A DNA stretch of 28,210 nucleotides. It comes from a virus (lineage: Duplodnaviria; Caudoviricetes). The position numbers and the translations under genes are program-made. Location of the stretch: positions 1-28,210 of the IMG/VR virus record IMGVR_UViG_3300010362_000084; one strand, given 5' to 3'. The notes below the pieces were generated by a model. The model ran no database searches. It had not been told where the DNA came from and saw only the letters and a program-made list of their open reading frames with translations. This document shows positions 9,080-20,300 of the stretch, in pieces (within the stretch, counting starts at the first letter, position 1; every line of letters starts with the position of its first letter).

Positions 9080-9499
9080 TTAGCCTGCGCCTACTCCCTG
9101 CGGGAACGGAGCCGGGTAGCCCGGAACCGACACGTCGGCGTCGAGCGTGCATTGATCGAGCGTCGAGCGGATCGAGATCCGGTTCCAGTTGCACCCGTGG
9201 TAGACCGTCGTCTGGTTGCCGCGCTTCGTCGTGACCTTGAAATCCTCCATCTCCTTGAGCTTGTCCTCGTTGTTCATCTCCCCTGAAATTCCGCCCTTCA
9301 GGAGGATGACCGAGAAGCTGATCGTGCCCTCGTCCGAACGCCGCTTGCGGCGCAGGACAGGGCCGTCGTGCCGGAACGCGCCCTGGTACTGGACTTCCTG
9401 GCGGAACTCCTCCGTCATCTCTTGGACGGCTGTGAAATGCACTCCGTCCTCGAAGGTGATGTCCAGGTCTTCGGCGGTGATCCCTGCGAGCCAACCCAT
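9080..9499 (-). CDS. Tail tube protein
   Basis: 139 aa and beta-rich (GTISFS, TTVYHGC). Immediately downstream of the sheath. AAGGAGG RBS. Confidence 0.85.
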   Translation of the reverse strand: MGWLAGITAEDLDITFEDGVHFTAVQEMTEEFRQEVQYQGAFRHDGPVLRRKRRSDEGTISFSVILLKGGISGEMNNEDKLKEMEDFKVTTKRGNQTTVYHGCNWNRISIRSTLDQCTLDADVSVPGYPAPFPQGVGAG

Positions 9500-9516
9500 T
9501 TTCAGTTACCTCCTTC

Positions 9517-10665
9517 CTAGACCGGGATCGACAGGTTGCCCGCGACCTTGATCGTGGAGATCCCCCTGACGATGACCCCTTCGTAGCCGACGATGACCTG
9601 TCTGAAATCGGACGACGGGACTGCGCTGACCTTGTAGCCGAACGTGCCGTCCGCCTGCTGCACAGGAGCGAGCCACGTCCTGCGCTCGTCCAGAAGCGCC
9701 TTGACTCCGGCGGCGATCCAGTTGCGAGTCGCCTCGGTATTTCCCTGCCTGAAAAAGCCGCCGTTGTTCAGATAGTCCCGCACGTCGATGAAAAGCTGAT
9801 CGATGATGATGCGGGTGTAGAGCGAGTCGTACGCAGTGTTCGTGTTGTACGCCGTCCTCAGGTGCGTCGTGGCCACGCCTCCGGCGACACGAGACGGCTG
9901 GAGCGGCGAGACACCGCCCTGGAGCAGATCCTCGTAATCGTTCATCGGCACGCCGGACACGACCTTCCTTCTGAAAACCGGAAGGCCGAACGTGTCCAAC
10001 TCGATCGCGAGAACCTGAGGAATGTCCCACAGGTCGAGATCGTTCGAGGGATTTCCGTTCTTGGCGACTTCGGCGGCCACGACAGCCGCTGAAAACGATC
10101 CACCCCTGAGTGTTCCGGCCTGGTCATACGTTCCCGGAGCGACGAGGCACGTCCTCGAAGCCGGGATTTCACCACCGGACGTAATCGCCGTCGCAGTCGT
10201 GAGCAACGCCGCCTTCGTCGTGCCCGTCGGCATTCCGACGAACGCGATCTGCTTGTTGTCGATCAGACTCGCATTGGCGCACGAAACTGAAAGTGCAGTG
10301 AGATCGGCCTGCACCTCGGAGTCGGTCAGCCGGATGCGAACGTCCACGTTCGACTCCAGCTTTTCCCACGCTGCCTGCCGCTGCGCAAGCGTCGGCGCAG
10401 TCGCTCCTTTTACAGAAGAGATGCCGATGACCGGGCCTGCGCCACGGTTGAGCAGCGCAGCGATGATCCGGTACAGCGACGAGTTGGCACCGAACGAGTC
10501 GGCCGCCTGGTCGAGTCGTGAAATCAGCGTCGGCACGTTGATGTTCGCAGTGCTCGTCGCTTCCGCCTGGCCCTCGACTGCGGGCTGGAGGTAAATCGAA
10601 CTGGTCTGCCTCGGTGTCAGTGTGCTGGCGTCGATGACACGAGGGTCGAGTAGCGTGCTTGACAT
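9517..10665 (-). CDS. Tail sheath protein (compact)
   Basis: 382 aa with sheath C-terminal features (EDLLQGGVSPL, YTRIIIDQLF..VR, GNTEATR..I...VKALL). GAGGAGG RBS. Confidence 0.9.
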   Translation of the reverse strand: MSSTLLDPRVIDASTLTPRQTSSIYLQPAVEGQAEATSTANINVPTLISRLDQAADSFGANSSLYRIIAALLNRGAGPVIGISSVKGATAPTLAQRQAAWEKLESNVDVRIRLTDSEVQADLTALSVSCANASLIDNKQIAFVGMPTGTTKAALLTTATAITSGGEIPASRTCLVAPGTYDQAGTLRGGSFSAAVVAAEVAKNGNPSNDLDLWDIPQVLAIELDTFGLPVFRRKVVSGVPMNDYEDLLQGGVSPLQPSRVAGGVATTHLRTAYNTNTAYDSLYTRIIIDQLFIDVRDYLNNGGFFRQGNTEATRNWIAAGVKALLDERRTWLAPVQQADGTFGYKVSAVPSSDFRQVIVGYEGVIVRGISTIKVAGNLSIPV

Positions 10666-10682
10666 CTATCCTCCTCTCGTTT

Positions 10683-11348
10683 TCACTTTGTCTTGTAAAG
10701 CCCTGAAGGTTCTCTGACCCAGATCGTGGGATCCTGGATGATCTCCTCGATCGCCGGGCCATGCATGTCGTCGTCCAGCGGCACACGGCTGAAAACACGG
10801 ATCACGAGCGTGGATTCGATCATCCTGAAAACCTGCACGTCGTTGATCCTGTCCATCACGAAGCGGCCACCTGAGTAGCTGAGGTTCTCCAGCATCCCGT
10901 CACCGCCGTCGCTGAACTGCTTCAGCCGTACGATTCCCCGCGTACCGCCGAGGCTGTTCTGGAGGATCTGCTTGGCTCGCATCCGCGAGGTTGCACCGCC
11001 GGAGCGATCGGACGCCCAGATCCCGATGTCGAAGTTGAAAACGTGCATCTCCCCGGTGCGCCCAGTGACCTGGCCGGTGTCCACGTCGTACGTCTTGGCG
11101 AAAATGTTGTCCCCCATGCCGACGACATCACTCTGGATGTCATCGATCTCGAAGTGGACGATCGTCCTCTCCATCGGCATGCGGCGCGTGTCGAGCGCGG
11201 AGCCTGGAAATTCAGCGACAACCTCGTACGCCTGCTCGCCCACGTACGTCATGCCGTCGTTGACCGAACGATGAAATTCCTGCTCCAGGTATCCCTTGAG
11301 CACATGCACGGTGGACTCGATGAATTCCTCCGGGTTGTACGGAATCAT
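10683..11348 (-). CDS. Tail terminator / tail completion protein
   Basis: 221 aa and acidic, directly upstream of the sheath, with an 'FNFDIGIWA' beta strand. Call rests mainly on synteny. Confidence 0.6.
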   Translation of the reverse strand: MIPYNPEEFIESTVHVLKGYLEQEFHRSVNDGMTYVGEQAYEVVAEFPGSALDTRRMPMERTIVHFEIDDIQSDVVGMGDNIFAKTYDVDTGQVTGRTGEMHVFNFDIGIWASDRSGGATSRMRAKQILQNSLGGTRGIVRLKQFSDGGDGMLENLSYSGGRFVMDRINDVQVFRMIESTLVIRVFSRVPLDDDMHGPAIEEIIQDPTIWVREPSGLYKTK

Positions 11349-12115
11349 CCTGGCAGCCTCCTGAGCTTCCCGCGATGCCGTGCCGCGTCGTACGGGCCAC
11401 GGTACGAGCCACCGCCCTGGTTGGGCACACGCCTCTGCCAGTTGCCGCCCTCGTGGCGCAAGCCGGTGAGGATCTGCCTACCGTGAAAAACGTTGCCTCT
11501 CGCCACGGAGCCAGCCTGGTGCTGCGAGATCGTCTCCCAGCGCATGTGGCCGCCGCCGGGAGACTGCACCTTCTGCGTGAAGCCCCCGTATGCGCGGTTC
11601 GACTTGAAAATGTCCACCCAGACCCGGTGGTACGCGTTCGTCTGCGCCATGAACCTGACCGTCTTGAGCAAGGCGAGCTTCCTAACGGGCCGTCTGATCC
11701 TGCGCTTGGGAACGTGGCGGTTTTCACCGAAACCGACTTCGGAGATCCCGTACTCGATGAAGTACGCCTCTTTCGAGTTGTTGAAAACGCTGTACCAGCC
11801 CATCCCGCGCTTGCGCAACCGCCAGCCGAGGTAGTACGCCTGTGAAATTCGCCTGATCCCCTGCTCCGGCGTGCGCCAGGCAAGCTCTGTCCTGCGCCCG
11901 TCCGGGTCGAGCGGGCCGAACGCCATCTTGCGCGAGTAGCCCTGGTTCGTGAGCGCCATGAAATGCGCGAGCCTGTCCATGTAGTACGGGAGCTTGTGCG
12001 GCACCTCGTACTGCGCCCACTGGATCCACTGCTCGATCGCGTCCATCGACTGGGGCGTGATTTCAACAAGCGTCTTCATCCCCTTCGGGGTATCCCAGTG
12101 AACGAGCCTGGCCAC
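11345..12115 (-). CDS. Neck/virion morphogenesis protein (HK97 gp10-like)
   Basis: Basic protein with 'VFNNSKEAYFIEYG...P.RP'. The start is placed at GTG 12115 (TAGTG overlap), in frame with the track ORF 11345..12163. Confidence 0.65.
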   Translation of the reverse strand: MARLVHWDTPKGMKTLVEITPQSMDAIEQWIQWAQYEVPHKLPYYMDRLAHFMALTNQGYSRKMAFGPLDPDGRRTELAWRTPEQGIRRISQAYYLGWRLRKRGMGWYSVFNNSKEAYFIEYGISEVGFGENRHVPKRRIRRPVRKLALLKTVRFMAQTNAYHRVWVDIFKSNRAYGGFTQKVQSPGGGHMRWETISQHQAGSVARGNVFHGRQILTGLRHEGGNWQRRVPNQGGGSYRGPYDAARHRGKLRRLPG

Positions 12116-12942
12116 TAGCTCACCAACCCATCTTGCCGAAGCATGCGCAGGCCAAGCTCCCAATGATGTTCCGGATTTCCATCACCGGGATCAGGAATCA
12201 TGTTCGCATTGATGCAGAAGAAGCGCTCGCCGTTGTATTCGATGAAATCTGCGCCGTCCTGTGCCCACTCGTCAAATTCCAGCCGCTGCTCTGCCCAGTT
12301 GCCAGGGAAGATGCCCAGGTGATCGTCCGCCTCGATGTTGCCGAAAACCTCCTGGAGGTACTCGGTCGAGAGCCTCGTGGCTCTCGTTGACTGAATCGGC
12401 TGGCAGAACGCCTTGACCATGATGTCCACAGGCGATGGGATCAAGCCCGACTCGTTGCACATCACCGGCGGTGAAAACGATCCAGGCGCATACTGACCGT
12501 TGTCCACGAACACGTCTTGCGGGTGTGGGAAATCTCCGCAGTACGTAAGTGGGTCGTTCGCTATCTGCCGCCAGACCTCCCAAGCCCCATCGACAAAATT
12601 CCCGCCGGGCGGCCACTCGAACGTGAGCGCAACCTGAAAATTCACGGTATCCGTGATATGCGGTGAAAACGGTGTCGGATACACGACGACCGGATACATC
12701 CCCGTACCCGCCGAGTTCTTCGCAACAAGCGTGTAGCGGATCAGCGAATCGGCAGGGAGGTTTCCGGGAGATGTCTCGTATGAAATCGGGCCATATCTCC
12801 CGAACGAGAGATGAAGCTCCGGATCTCGAAAGCCCTCTGGGGTGTTACACGGGCAATTGACGGAACGGCCGGACGAGCGGTAGTACCTGGCGTCAGACGC
12901 GTTCGACTGAAAAAGCGCGTTCATCTGCGGCACGGTGCTCAT
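12115..12942 (-). CDS. Head closure / head-tail joining protein with an inserted beta-sandwich
   Basis: Position in the neck module. C-terminal 'DFIEYNGERF...HHWELGLR' resembles a stopper protein. CPC..H and a distal Cys flank an Fn3-like stretch. Confidence 0.55.
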   Translation of the reverse strand: MSTVPQMNALFQSNASDARYYRSSGRSVNCPCNTPEGFRDPELHLSFGRYGPISYETSPGNLPADSLIRYTLVAKNSAGTGMYPVVVYPTPFSPHITDTVNFQVALTFEWPPGGNFVDGAWEVWRQIANDPLTYCGDFPHPQDVFVDNGQYAPGSFSPPVMCNESGLIPSPVDIMVKAFCQPIQSTRATRLSTEYLQEVFGNIEADDHLGIFPGNWAEQRLEFDEWAQDGADFIEYNGERFFCINANMIPDPGDGNPEHHWELGLRMLRQDGLVS

Positions 12943-13664
12943 GCGTAATCCACCATTGCAACCGTCCTGGTCAGGTCAACACCGTGCAGACTTGCGCCTG
13001 ATGAATTACAGTAGCCGTAACTCGAACCGGACGGATCGACCGTGGACATGAGCAGCACGTAGCTCGCTCCCGTGCCCAGGTCGTCGTTCGCAGCCTTGAT
13101 CAGCGCCTCAATCGCCTTGGTCGGATCAGCGGACGTGGTGCCTGCCTGGAGCGAGACGAGGCCCGCTGTAAATTTCGATGCGGAGCCTCCAGATGCGAGC
13201 GTCGTTGCGATCAACGAGCGAGCGAGTGTCATGTTCGTCATCCCTCGGATCTGCACGTACGTCGCATCCTCGACGGGGATCGTGTTCGGATCCTGGCCGG
13301 GGAAGCTCTCTGAAATCACGGCCTGAGCTTCCTGCGTGACGATGATTTCATTGAGCGTCGGGTTACGCAGGAGCGTACGATCCACGATCTCCTGGACGAG
13401 CGTTTTCGTTCCGCCTTGGAGCGCCAGCGAGTACGGCGTCGAGACGCCCTGGCTCGTCTCCCAGCGGATGCGGAACCAGTAGTTGTTGTCCGTCGCAAAC
13501 GTCGTCGTGTAATTCGAGATGTAGTTCGGGTACGTCCCGACGGCCGTCACGACCTCGATCTCTGCAAACGTACCGTCCTGTGTCGGTGCCTCCTCGATGT
13601 GAAGCTCAGTCACGTCGGGGAGCATCGGCGGTGTGAAGTCGAGTCTTACTGAAGCCATTTTCAT
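12939..13664 (-). CDS. Head-tail adaptor with N-terminal Fn3-like domain
   Basis: N-terminus VRLDFTPP...YWFRIRW...TPYS is Fn3-like. The C-terminus is helical with 'SKFTAGLVSL', an adaptor-like beta hairpin. Synteny fits. Confidence 0.55.
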   Translation of the reverse strand: MKMASVRLDFTPPMLPDVTELHIEEAPTQDGTFAEIEVVTAVGTYPNYISNYTTTFATDNNYWFRIRWETSQGVSTPYSLALQGGTKTLVQEIVDRTLLRNPTLNEIIVTQEAQAVISESFPGQDPNTIPVEDATYVQIRGMTNMTLARSLIATTLASGGSASKFTAGLVSLQAGTTSADPTKAIEALIKAANDDLGTGASYVLLMSTVDPSGSSYGYCNSSGASLHGVDLTRTVAMVDYA

Positions 13665-13670
13665 GCCCCC

Positions 13671-14324
13671 TTACGCAGCCTGGAAGAAAATCGCCGGGGA
13701 AGAGATGCTGTTCTTCGTGGTTCCGGCCATCGGAAACGGATCGGGTACGGCTGTACCGGCTCCCGTGTTCTGCCAGCCGTTGTACGTCGTGTTTCCCACC
13801 AATGCAATACCGGGCAGCAAAGCGTTGAAGCCGCCGAACGCACGCATTGTCGGAGCACCGCCCGATGCTGCAATGTTCTGCATTCCGATCCAGTACGTGC
13901 CCGGTGAGAGCACGAACGGAAATGTTTTCAGACCAGCCACGCCGCCGTCACTCGATGCAGACTGCAAGACGAGCGCACCGGGTTGTGATGGCGAAGAAGC
14001 ATCGGCATACGCCATCACACGCAGGATCGCTCCGGCACTGAGTGTTGCCACTTCAAGGCTTGCCTGCACGACGTTTACAGGGACGATGATGCGAGTAACG
14101 CGCAACGCCTGGATGGGAAATGTGAGCGTCGTAAGCGTCGAAGCCTGCCAGGCGGGGAACCAGTCTCCTGAAATGTACGGAACGGCCGGTGGAGCCGGGC
14201 CTACAGGGCCGGTGTCACCCTTTGGGCCTTGCGGGCCAATTTCACCTTGATCCCCCTTCGGCCCTACGAGTGCAATATCCTGCCACCCATCCGTCGTGCC
14301 GACCCTGACTGCCTTGACCGTCAT
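13671..14324 (-). CDS. Short collagen-repeat fibre protein
   Basis: (GXY)7 GPKGDQGEIGPQGPKGDTGPVGP followed by a ~170-aa beta domain resembling the C-terminus of the upstream giant protein. Confidence 0.75.
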   Translation of the reverse strand: MTVKAVRVGTTDGWQDIALVGPKGDQGEIGPQGPKGDTGPVGPAPPAVPYISGDWFPAWQASTLTTLTFPIQALRVTRIIVPVNVVQASLEVATLSAGAILRVMAYADASSPSQPGALVLQSASSDGGVAGLKTFPFVLSPGTYWIGMQNIAASGGAPTMRAFGGFNALLPGIALVGNTTYNGWQNTGAGTAVPDPFPMAGTTKNSISSPAIFFQAA

Positions 14325-14326
14325 TT

Positions 14327-17300
14327 TCAGGCCGCCAGTCCGTAGAAGACGATCTGTGAGCCGTCAACACCCTGCCCCGCAGGCCAGAAGGCCGGAGTCG
14401 GCACGCCGTTGAAACCAGACAGGGAATACCCACACGGGTTGATCGTGGCCAGGTCATACGCGGCCAGCGCACCCGGATGCCAGGGATTTCCATAGTTCGT
14501 TCCGCGCATCGCCACCGTCACAGGGCCGGGGTTGTGGCACACAAACCAGTAGACACCGGCAGGAAGGTCTATTGCAAACGGCTTTTGCCCAGTCGTTGCG
14601 GCTGAAATATCACCCGACACTCCGATCAGGTTTCCGGGGTACGGGAACTGCGAGTCATCGAACACGGCCAGTCGGATGATCCCGGTTGCGGCGGCAGTTG
14701 CCACTGTAAAAGCAAGTTGTGAAACCGGAACGGAGAGTCGCGCACGGCAGGCATACATGTTGCCGATCGCGGTCGTAATTACAGACGACGCAACCGGCAT
14801 CGGCGTGAGTGTCTGCCAGCGCCCTGGGTAAGCTCTGAAATCCATTCCGCCACCAACGCCTGGCGATCCCTGTGGCCCCATCGGCCCGGTAGGGCCGACT
14901 GGAGGAATTTCATCCGTGTCGATCCACAGTGCGCCGATGTCGAGCGCAGGAGCAGCAGCCTGCTCGTAAACGGTCACCACGCCTGGCGGCCCAGTCGGGC
15001 CAGGATCACCCTCCGGGCCAATTTCACCCTGCTCACCAGCCGGGCCGGTTGCACCAGCCGGGCCAGGATCTCCCTCCGGGCCAGGCGGCCCCGGCTCACC
15101 TGGCGGGCCTGGCGGCCCCATCGGGCCGGTCGCACCTTCGCCCGTGCCCGTGATCAGTGCGCCGGTCGATCCTGTTGCGACCAGTGCCGGAATTTCACTA
15201 CCCGCGCTCATGAGCACAACCTCCTCGTCCTCGAACCCATTGACCTCGTGAAGCTCTGCCGGAGCGAGTGCAGTGGCGAAGAGAGTGGCCGTTGCCTTCC
15301 GCGCTGCGTAGCGAATGAACCCGAGTGTTCCGGTGAAAACTGCGTTGGCCCGGAACAGAATCTGGTTGCCCTGACCAAAGACCCAATCCGGATCCAGAGG
15401 CAGCGGGAGAACGAATGAAATCTCCCTCTTCCTAGTAGGTAGAAGGGCGACCTGAAGATAGGTCAAACTATCAAAACTCCGGCTGAAATGCGACTGATTC
15501 GACATCGACGGCGCTGTGGTAATCGATATGGAGAGCAGCTTGGTGCTGCGCATCTGAATTGCAGGCACCATGCTGGCTGCTGCTGCCATTTTCACAGTTA
15601 TGCCACGCTTCATGGCAGGCACCATTGCCATTACAGCATCCAGGAGCATGACGTACTGCCCCTTTCTGGTAGCGATCATGTTGGCATCGAACGTGGCTGG
15701 AGTAGCCATTGTCCTTCCCAGTCTCAGGCTCCTTGCCATGCTCCCTAGGAGGGAGGCAGAGACAGCGAACAGACGGCCGTTCTTTCTTGAAAATGTCGCC
15801 GTGATCGTCGTGGTAGCTGCGAGCGTCCTATATGCACTCAATTTGCGAACCAGCGTCGATGTGGTAAGTAGGCTCGCCGCCATGAGTCGGGGGGCAAAGC
15901 GAACCCGAGTCATGGCGGCCGAAATTGTCGTCGTAACGGCAAGCGTCCTGTTGTCCTTCGCCACTGGTGAAATTGTCGGAGCAAACACAGCCGAAGCTGC
16001 AATGGTCTTGAACTCCTTCGTGAATCTGACCAGCGCAGGCGTGAGCACAGGTGTCACGGCATTCGTCCGTGAAAACTTCCTGGCTTGCACGAGTGCAGGA
16101 GCGAGCGTCAACCCGGCGTCAAGCTGGACAGGCGTGTTGGGCGCGACGTACAGCCACTTGGTTCTCAAGTAGTTTTCAACTTGCTGCCGATCTACGTCGG
16201 ACAGCTTGTTGTCGTAGAGTACCAATTCAGCAATCTCGAAGTCGCACGTCTCCGACGTGGTGGTTGCGTCGTAGCCGGACAGGTTGAGCGTGTTCCCAAA
16301 CCCGTCGCCGGAGGTGAACCCGCCGACCGAGCCTGGGCCGACACCGCTGATGAAAACACCGTCACCGAACATCCGGCCGGTAGCTGGGTTGTTCGTCATA
16401 TCGGCCGAGTAGAGCTTCCAGTTGGTCGTGACTGCCACCCGCGCATCCGGCGCGTAGAACGAGCCATTCACCGTGTACCCCACGTCCTGAAAACTGTTCC
16501 AGAACCCGATCAGGTGATTCGGCGGCGGATAGTTAGCGGTGACGATCCGACCGCTTGAAATTCCGCCGGGAACCATGTGAGCGACGTAGGCAAGCGTGTA
16601 CTCCTTGTCCACCCCGGTGTTGGTCATCCGCATTCGCGCCTGGTTGTTGTAAAAACGAACGATCTTTTTTCCGTTTAGCTGGTTTGTGCTGACAATGGGC
16701 ATGATGTCGTTGCCGGGATTAGTGAACATCGTTCCCGGCTTGGCGGCATCGGCAAGGTTGGGCCAGGGATTGACATCCTGACCAGTCGTCAGCGGAAGCT
16801 GCGAGGCATCGAACCAGATTTTCAGGCCGGTGAGGTGCGAAGGGTCGAACGGCCCACCGGGGATTTTCACATGCTGCTCTGTCGGCATCAGCGTCGTCGT
16901 CGCAGCAGCCGTCCTGAAATACTTCCTCAGCGAAGTCGTCGCAGGAAGGAGTGTCGTCGCCAGCGCAACCGTCTTGGTGATCCGCTTCTGAATCGCCGGT
17001 GTGACAGCGGTCGTAGCCGCGAGCGTGCGGAAGAAGAATTTCACAGCGGTCTGCGTCGGCGTGAGCACTGCCGTAACTGCAAGAGTCTGGAGCCTCTTCG
17101 CGACTCTCGTCATCGTCGGCGTGAAAACGGCCGTCACCGGGAACGCTCTCGGGAAGGATCTTCCCTGCGTCATCGTCGGCGTCACAGTCGTCGTAGCGTT
17201 GAACGCTTTGAAAATCGCTGCGAGTCGAGACATTCCCGGAGTGACCGTCGAAGAGACGGCCAACGTGTCGGCAATCCTGCGCTGCACGGCTGTCGCGAAC

Positions 17301-20300
17301 GTCACCGTGACGGCATTCGTGCGTTTGAACATTTTCAGAAGCGCCTGCGTCGGAGTCAGCGTCACAGTGGCAGCGAGTGAAAACCCTCGCGCCTTCTGAG
17401 ACGACATCGCAGCAGTGAACGTCGCCGTCACGGCATTCGTCTTGAAAAGCTGTTTGAACGATGTGAGCGTGGCCGTGAACGTTGAAGTCACGGCCAAGGG
17501 CTTGGTGATCTTCCTCGACACTGCGGGCAGGATCGTCGTCGTCGCAGCCAGTGTCCTGAAGACGAACGCCTGGCGCGTCTGGGTCGGCGTGAAAACAGCC
17601 GTGAGCGCGACTCCACGGTTGTTCTTCGCCGCCGCACCGGCTGTGGGCACAAGCGTCGTTGACGCTGCTTGGAGGAAGCTCGTTTTCAGAGCCTTGTTCA
17701 TTGCCGGAGTGACCGTCGTCGTTGCATCGAACTGCCGGTTGTACGACGCTGGCGGATTGAGAAAACCGAAATCTTCGATCACGAAGCCGTTGTCGGCAGA
17801 GATGGCGGCATACCCGGCGGCCGTGATGTTCGTGTCGGTGCGAGACAAGACCTGAGTCCACGTACTGCTGCCCGACGCCTTGCGGTAGACCGTGATCGTG
17901 CTGCCCTTTATTTTCGCACCGATTGAATCGCCGTTCGCCCAAGCCTGGCTCGTGTCCGTCGCGCCAATTGACAGGAAGGCAGTGCCAGTAGCCCTACGCA
18001 CGAGAATCTGATCATTCCCGGCTTGTGTATTCAGTTGCACACCGTAGTACGTGGCGTCGTTGAACGTCTTCCTGAACTGAATTTCAAATTTGAGAAACGT
18101 CGTAGTCGGAATCGTCGCGAGCGTTGCAAAGACCTCGAAGTCCGCCGTCGTGCCTTGCGGCGCAACCCACCACATCTGGTTCCGGATGTAATTCAGCGTG
18201 GCAGACCAGATGCTCTGAAGCTGGTTGCTCACGACTTGAAGACCGCCGCGTCCGTATGAAAATCGGTTGTTGATCCCCGTCGTGCTTGGAATCCCGCCCC
18301 AGGCCGAGTTCCAGAAGGCGATTTCATCGATCAGGCCGGGGAACACGACACTGCTCGACCAGTGAGCGCCCACGTACATCGGATTTCCCAGGGCTATGGT
18401 CGCAGGGCCGGTCAAGGTTCCCTGTGCGACCTGGACAGCATTGCGGTAGAGCGTCATCAAGCCGCTCGATGCAACGTATGTCAGAGCCAGGTGCGTCCAC
18501 TGGTTGAGCGGAAGATCAGTTGTGTCTGAAATCGTGCTCCACGTCGTCGTGGCAGCAACGTAGAAGCCAGCCCAGACACGTTGGGCCGAGCCTGATTTCA
18601 CTCCGTACCCGAGCACGAACGGCTTGTTCGTCGCCGCCCCGCCGTGACCGAGGATCATCGCATCGTCGGCACAGGCGGCAGACGGGTTGACCCAGACTTC
18701 GATTCCCCAGTCCCCAGAGCCATTCGTGTAGCTCTGGTTGTGCGGAATTTCAACACGCCCACCGGAGTTGAAGCCGACACTGCCGTCAACCGGGTCGTTG
18801 ACGATTGCAGACGCCTGGCCCTGGATGCAGTTGACGTACGTGGCGTTCGACAAGCCGGTGACGCCGAATCCCCTCGCAGTCGTGCCCGACGGCTCTCCGA
18901 GCGAATAAAGGAAAACCTGCGAAGAGACGGCCTCCTGGAAGAAATTCCCACGAAAGCGCGAGCGTGCAGCAGTGGCAGTGACAGCCAGGTTCGAGATCGA
19001 GACATCAGAGAACCTGAAATTCGAGCCTTTGCTCTCCGAGTTGCCTGCGCCGATGAAGAACCAGTAGCTGTTGCCCCAGTTGGGCGTAGCGTTCGTCGTC
19101 GCGCCAGACACATCCTCGCCGTCGAGGTAGATCTTGATGTTCGAGCCGGTCTTGGAGACGATGACATGATGCGGGTTGAGATCTGTAATTCCGACCGTCG
19201 AAGTACACATCATCGCCCCGAACGAGAGCAGAAACTCGATCTTGCCAGCCGTGTTCAGACGAGCAGAAGGAGCACCCGGCCCTTTTGAAAACAGATACTG
19301 ATAGTCCGTGTCAGTCGTAGAGAGCCGCTGGAGCCACATCTCGAATGAAAACGTGTCTCCGAGGCTGTCAATCGCCGTGCCTGTCCCGGTGTAAAACGCA
19401 CTTGCCCCGTCCGTGTTGGGGCAGGCGACCGAGTAGCCCGGCCACGGTGCCCTCGGATTACAGCCCGGCTGCCTGTAGAGCACAGATCCGGTCGGAGACA
19501 GAGGGATTTTCGTTCCCGAGTGCCAGTCGTAGAGTCCTCCCGCTGCGTCTATGCAGCGCCAGTACGCCTGCGGTGACACTTGCACACCAGCCATGTCGGC
19601 ATACGTCGTCTCTTTCCAGTTGCTGCCGGGCGGGTTCTGATTCGCTCTGTTGAAATCATCGACAACTGCGGCGGCCGGGAACTGAGCCACCTTCTGGGCG
19701 AGCATGTCCGGCGTGAGCGTCAGCGTTGCTGCAAGTGAAATCGGCGTGTTCGCAAACGTAGGAGGGGCACCCCAGTTGTCGAACATCCACGAACTGTCGT
19801 TGCAGTAGAGCGCAGGCGTACCGGCATTCGGAAGCGGAGATGCGTCGTTGCGAATGCAGACCAGTGACCAGCTTCCTGACAACGGCTTGTGCCACACTTG
19901 AATTTGCCCGCCGACGACTCGCGCACCGATTGAATCGCTCGATCCGATTGCCCGCGAGGTATCAGAGACGCCCAACTGCGTATCGACCCCGTTTACACGC
20001 CGGTACACGTCGATAGTCTCGTTCCCGGATGCCGAAAGGAAATTGACGACGTAACCAGTGTCGGCCGTACGCATACGCCGCAAATGAATCTGGCACGACC
20101 TCCCTGCGGTACCCAAGGAGCCAATCGTGATGTACGCCTCCTGATCGAGCGAATCGGTGGATCCCCATGAAATTCCGTCCCAGGAAGCGGCGACCATCGT
20201 CTTGAGCGTGTTGATCGAAGTCTGAAAACCGTCGCCGCCCGTCCTGATCTGGTTGAACCACGGCGCAGTGAGTGGCCCGTCTGCACGCTGAAAATTATCT

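Noticed and set aside
1-11348. Tailocin or extracellular contractile injection system
   Set aside because: Portal, protease/scaffold, capsid and neck genes are in the same operon, so this is a head-bearing phage.
11345-12163. Track start codons at 12163, 1785 and 21505
   Set aside because: They create long overlaps. Downstream starts at 12115, 1746 and 21340 give canonical stop/start coupling.
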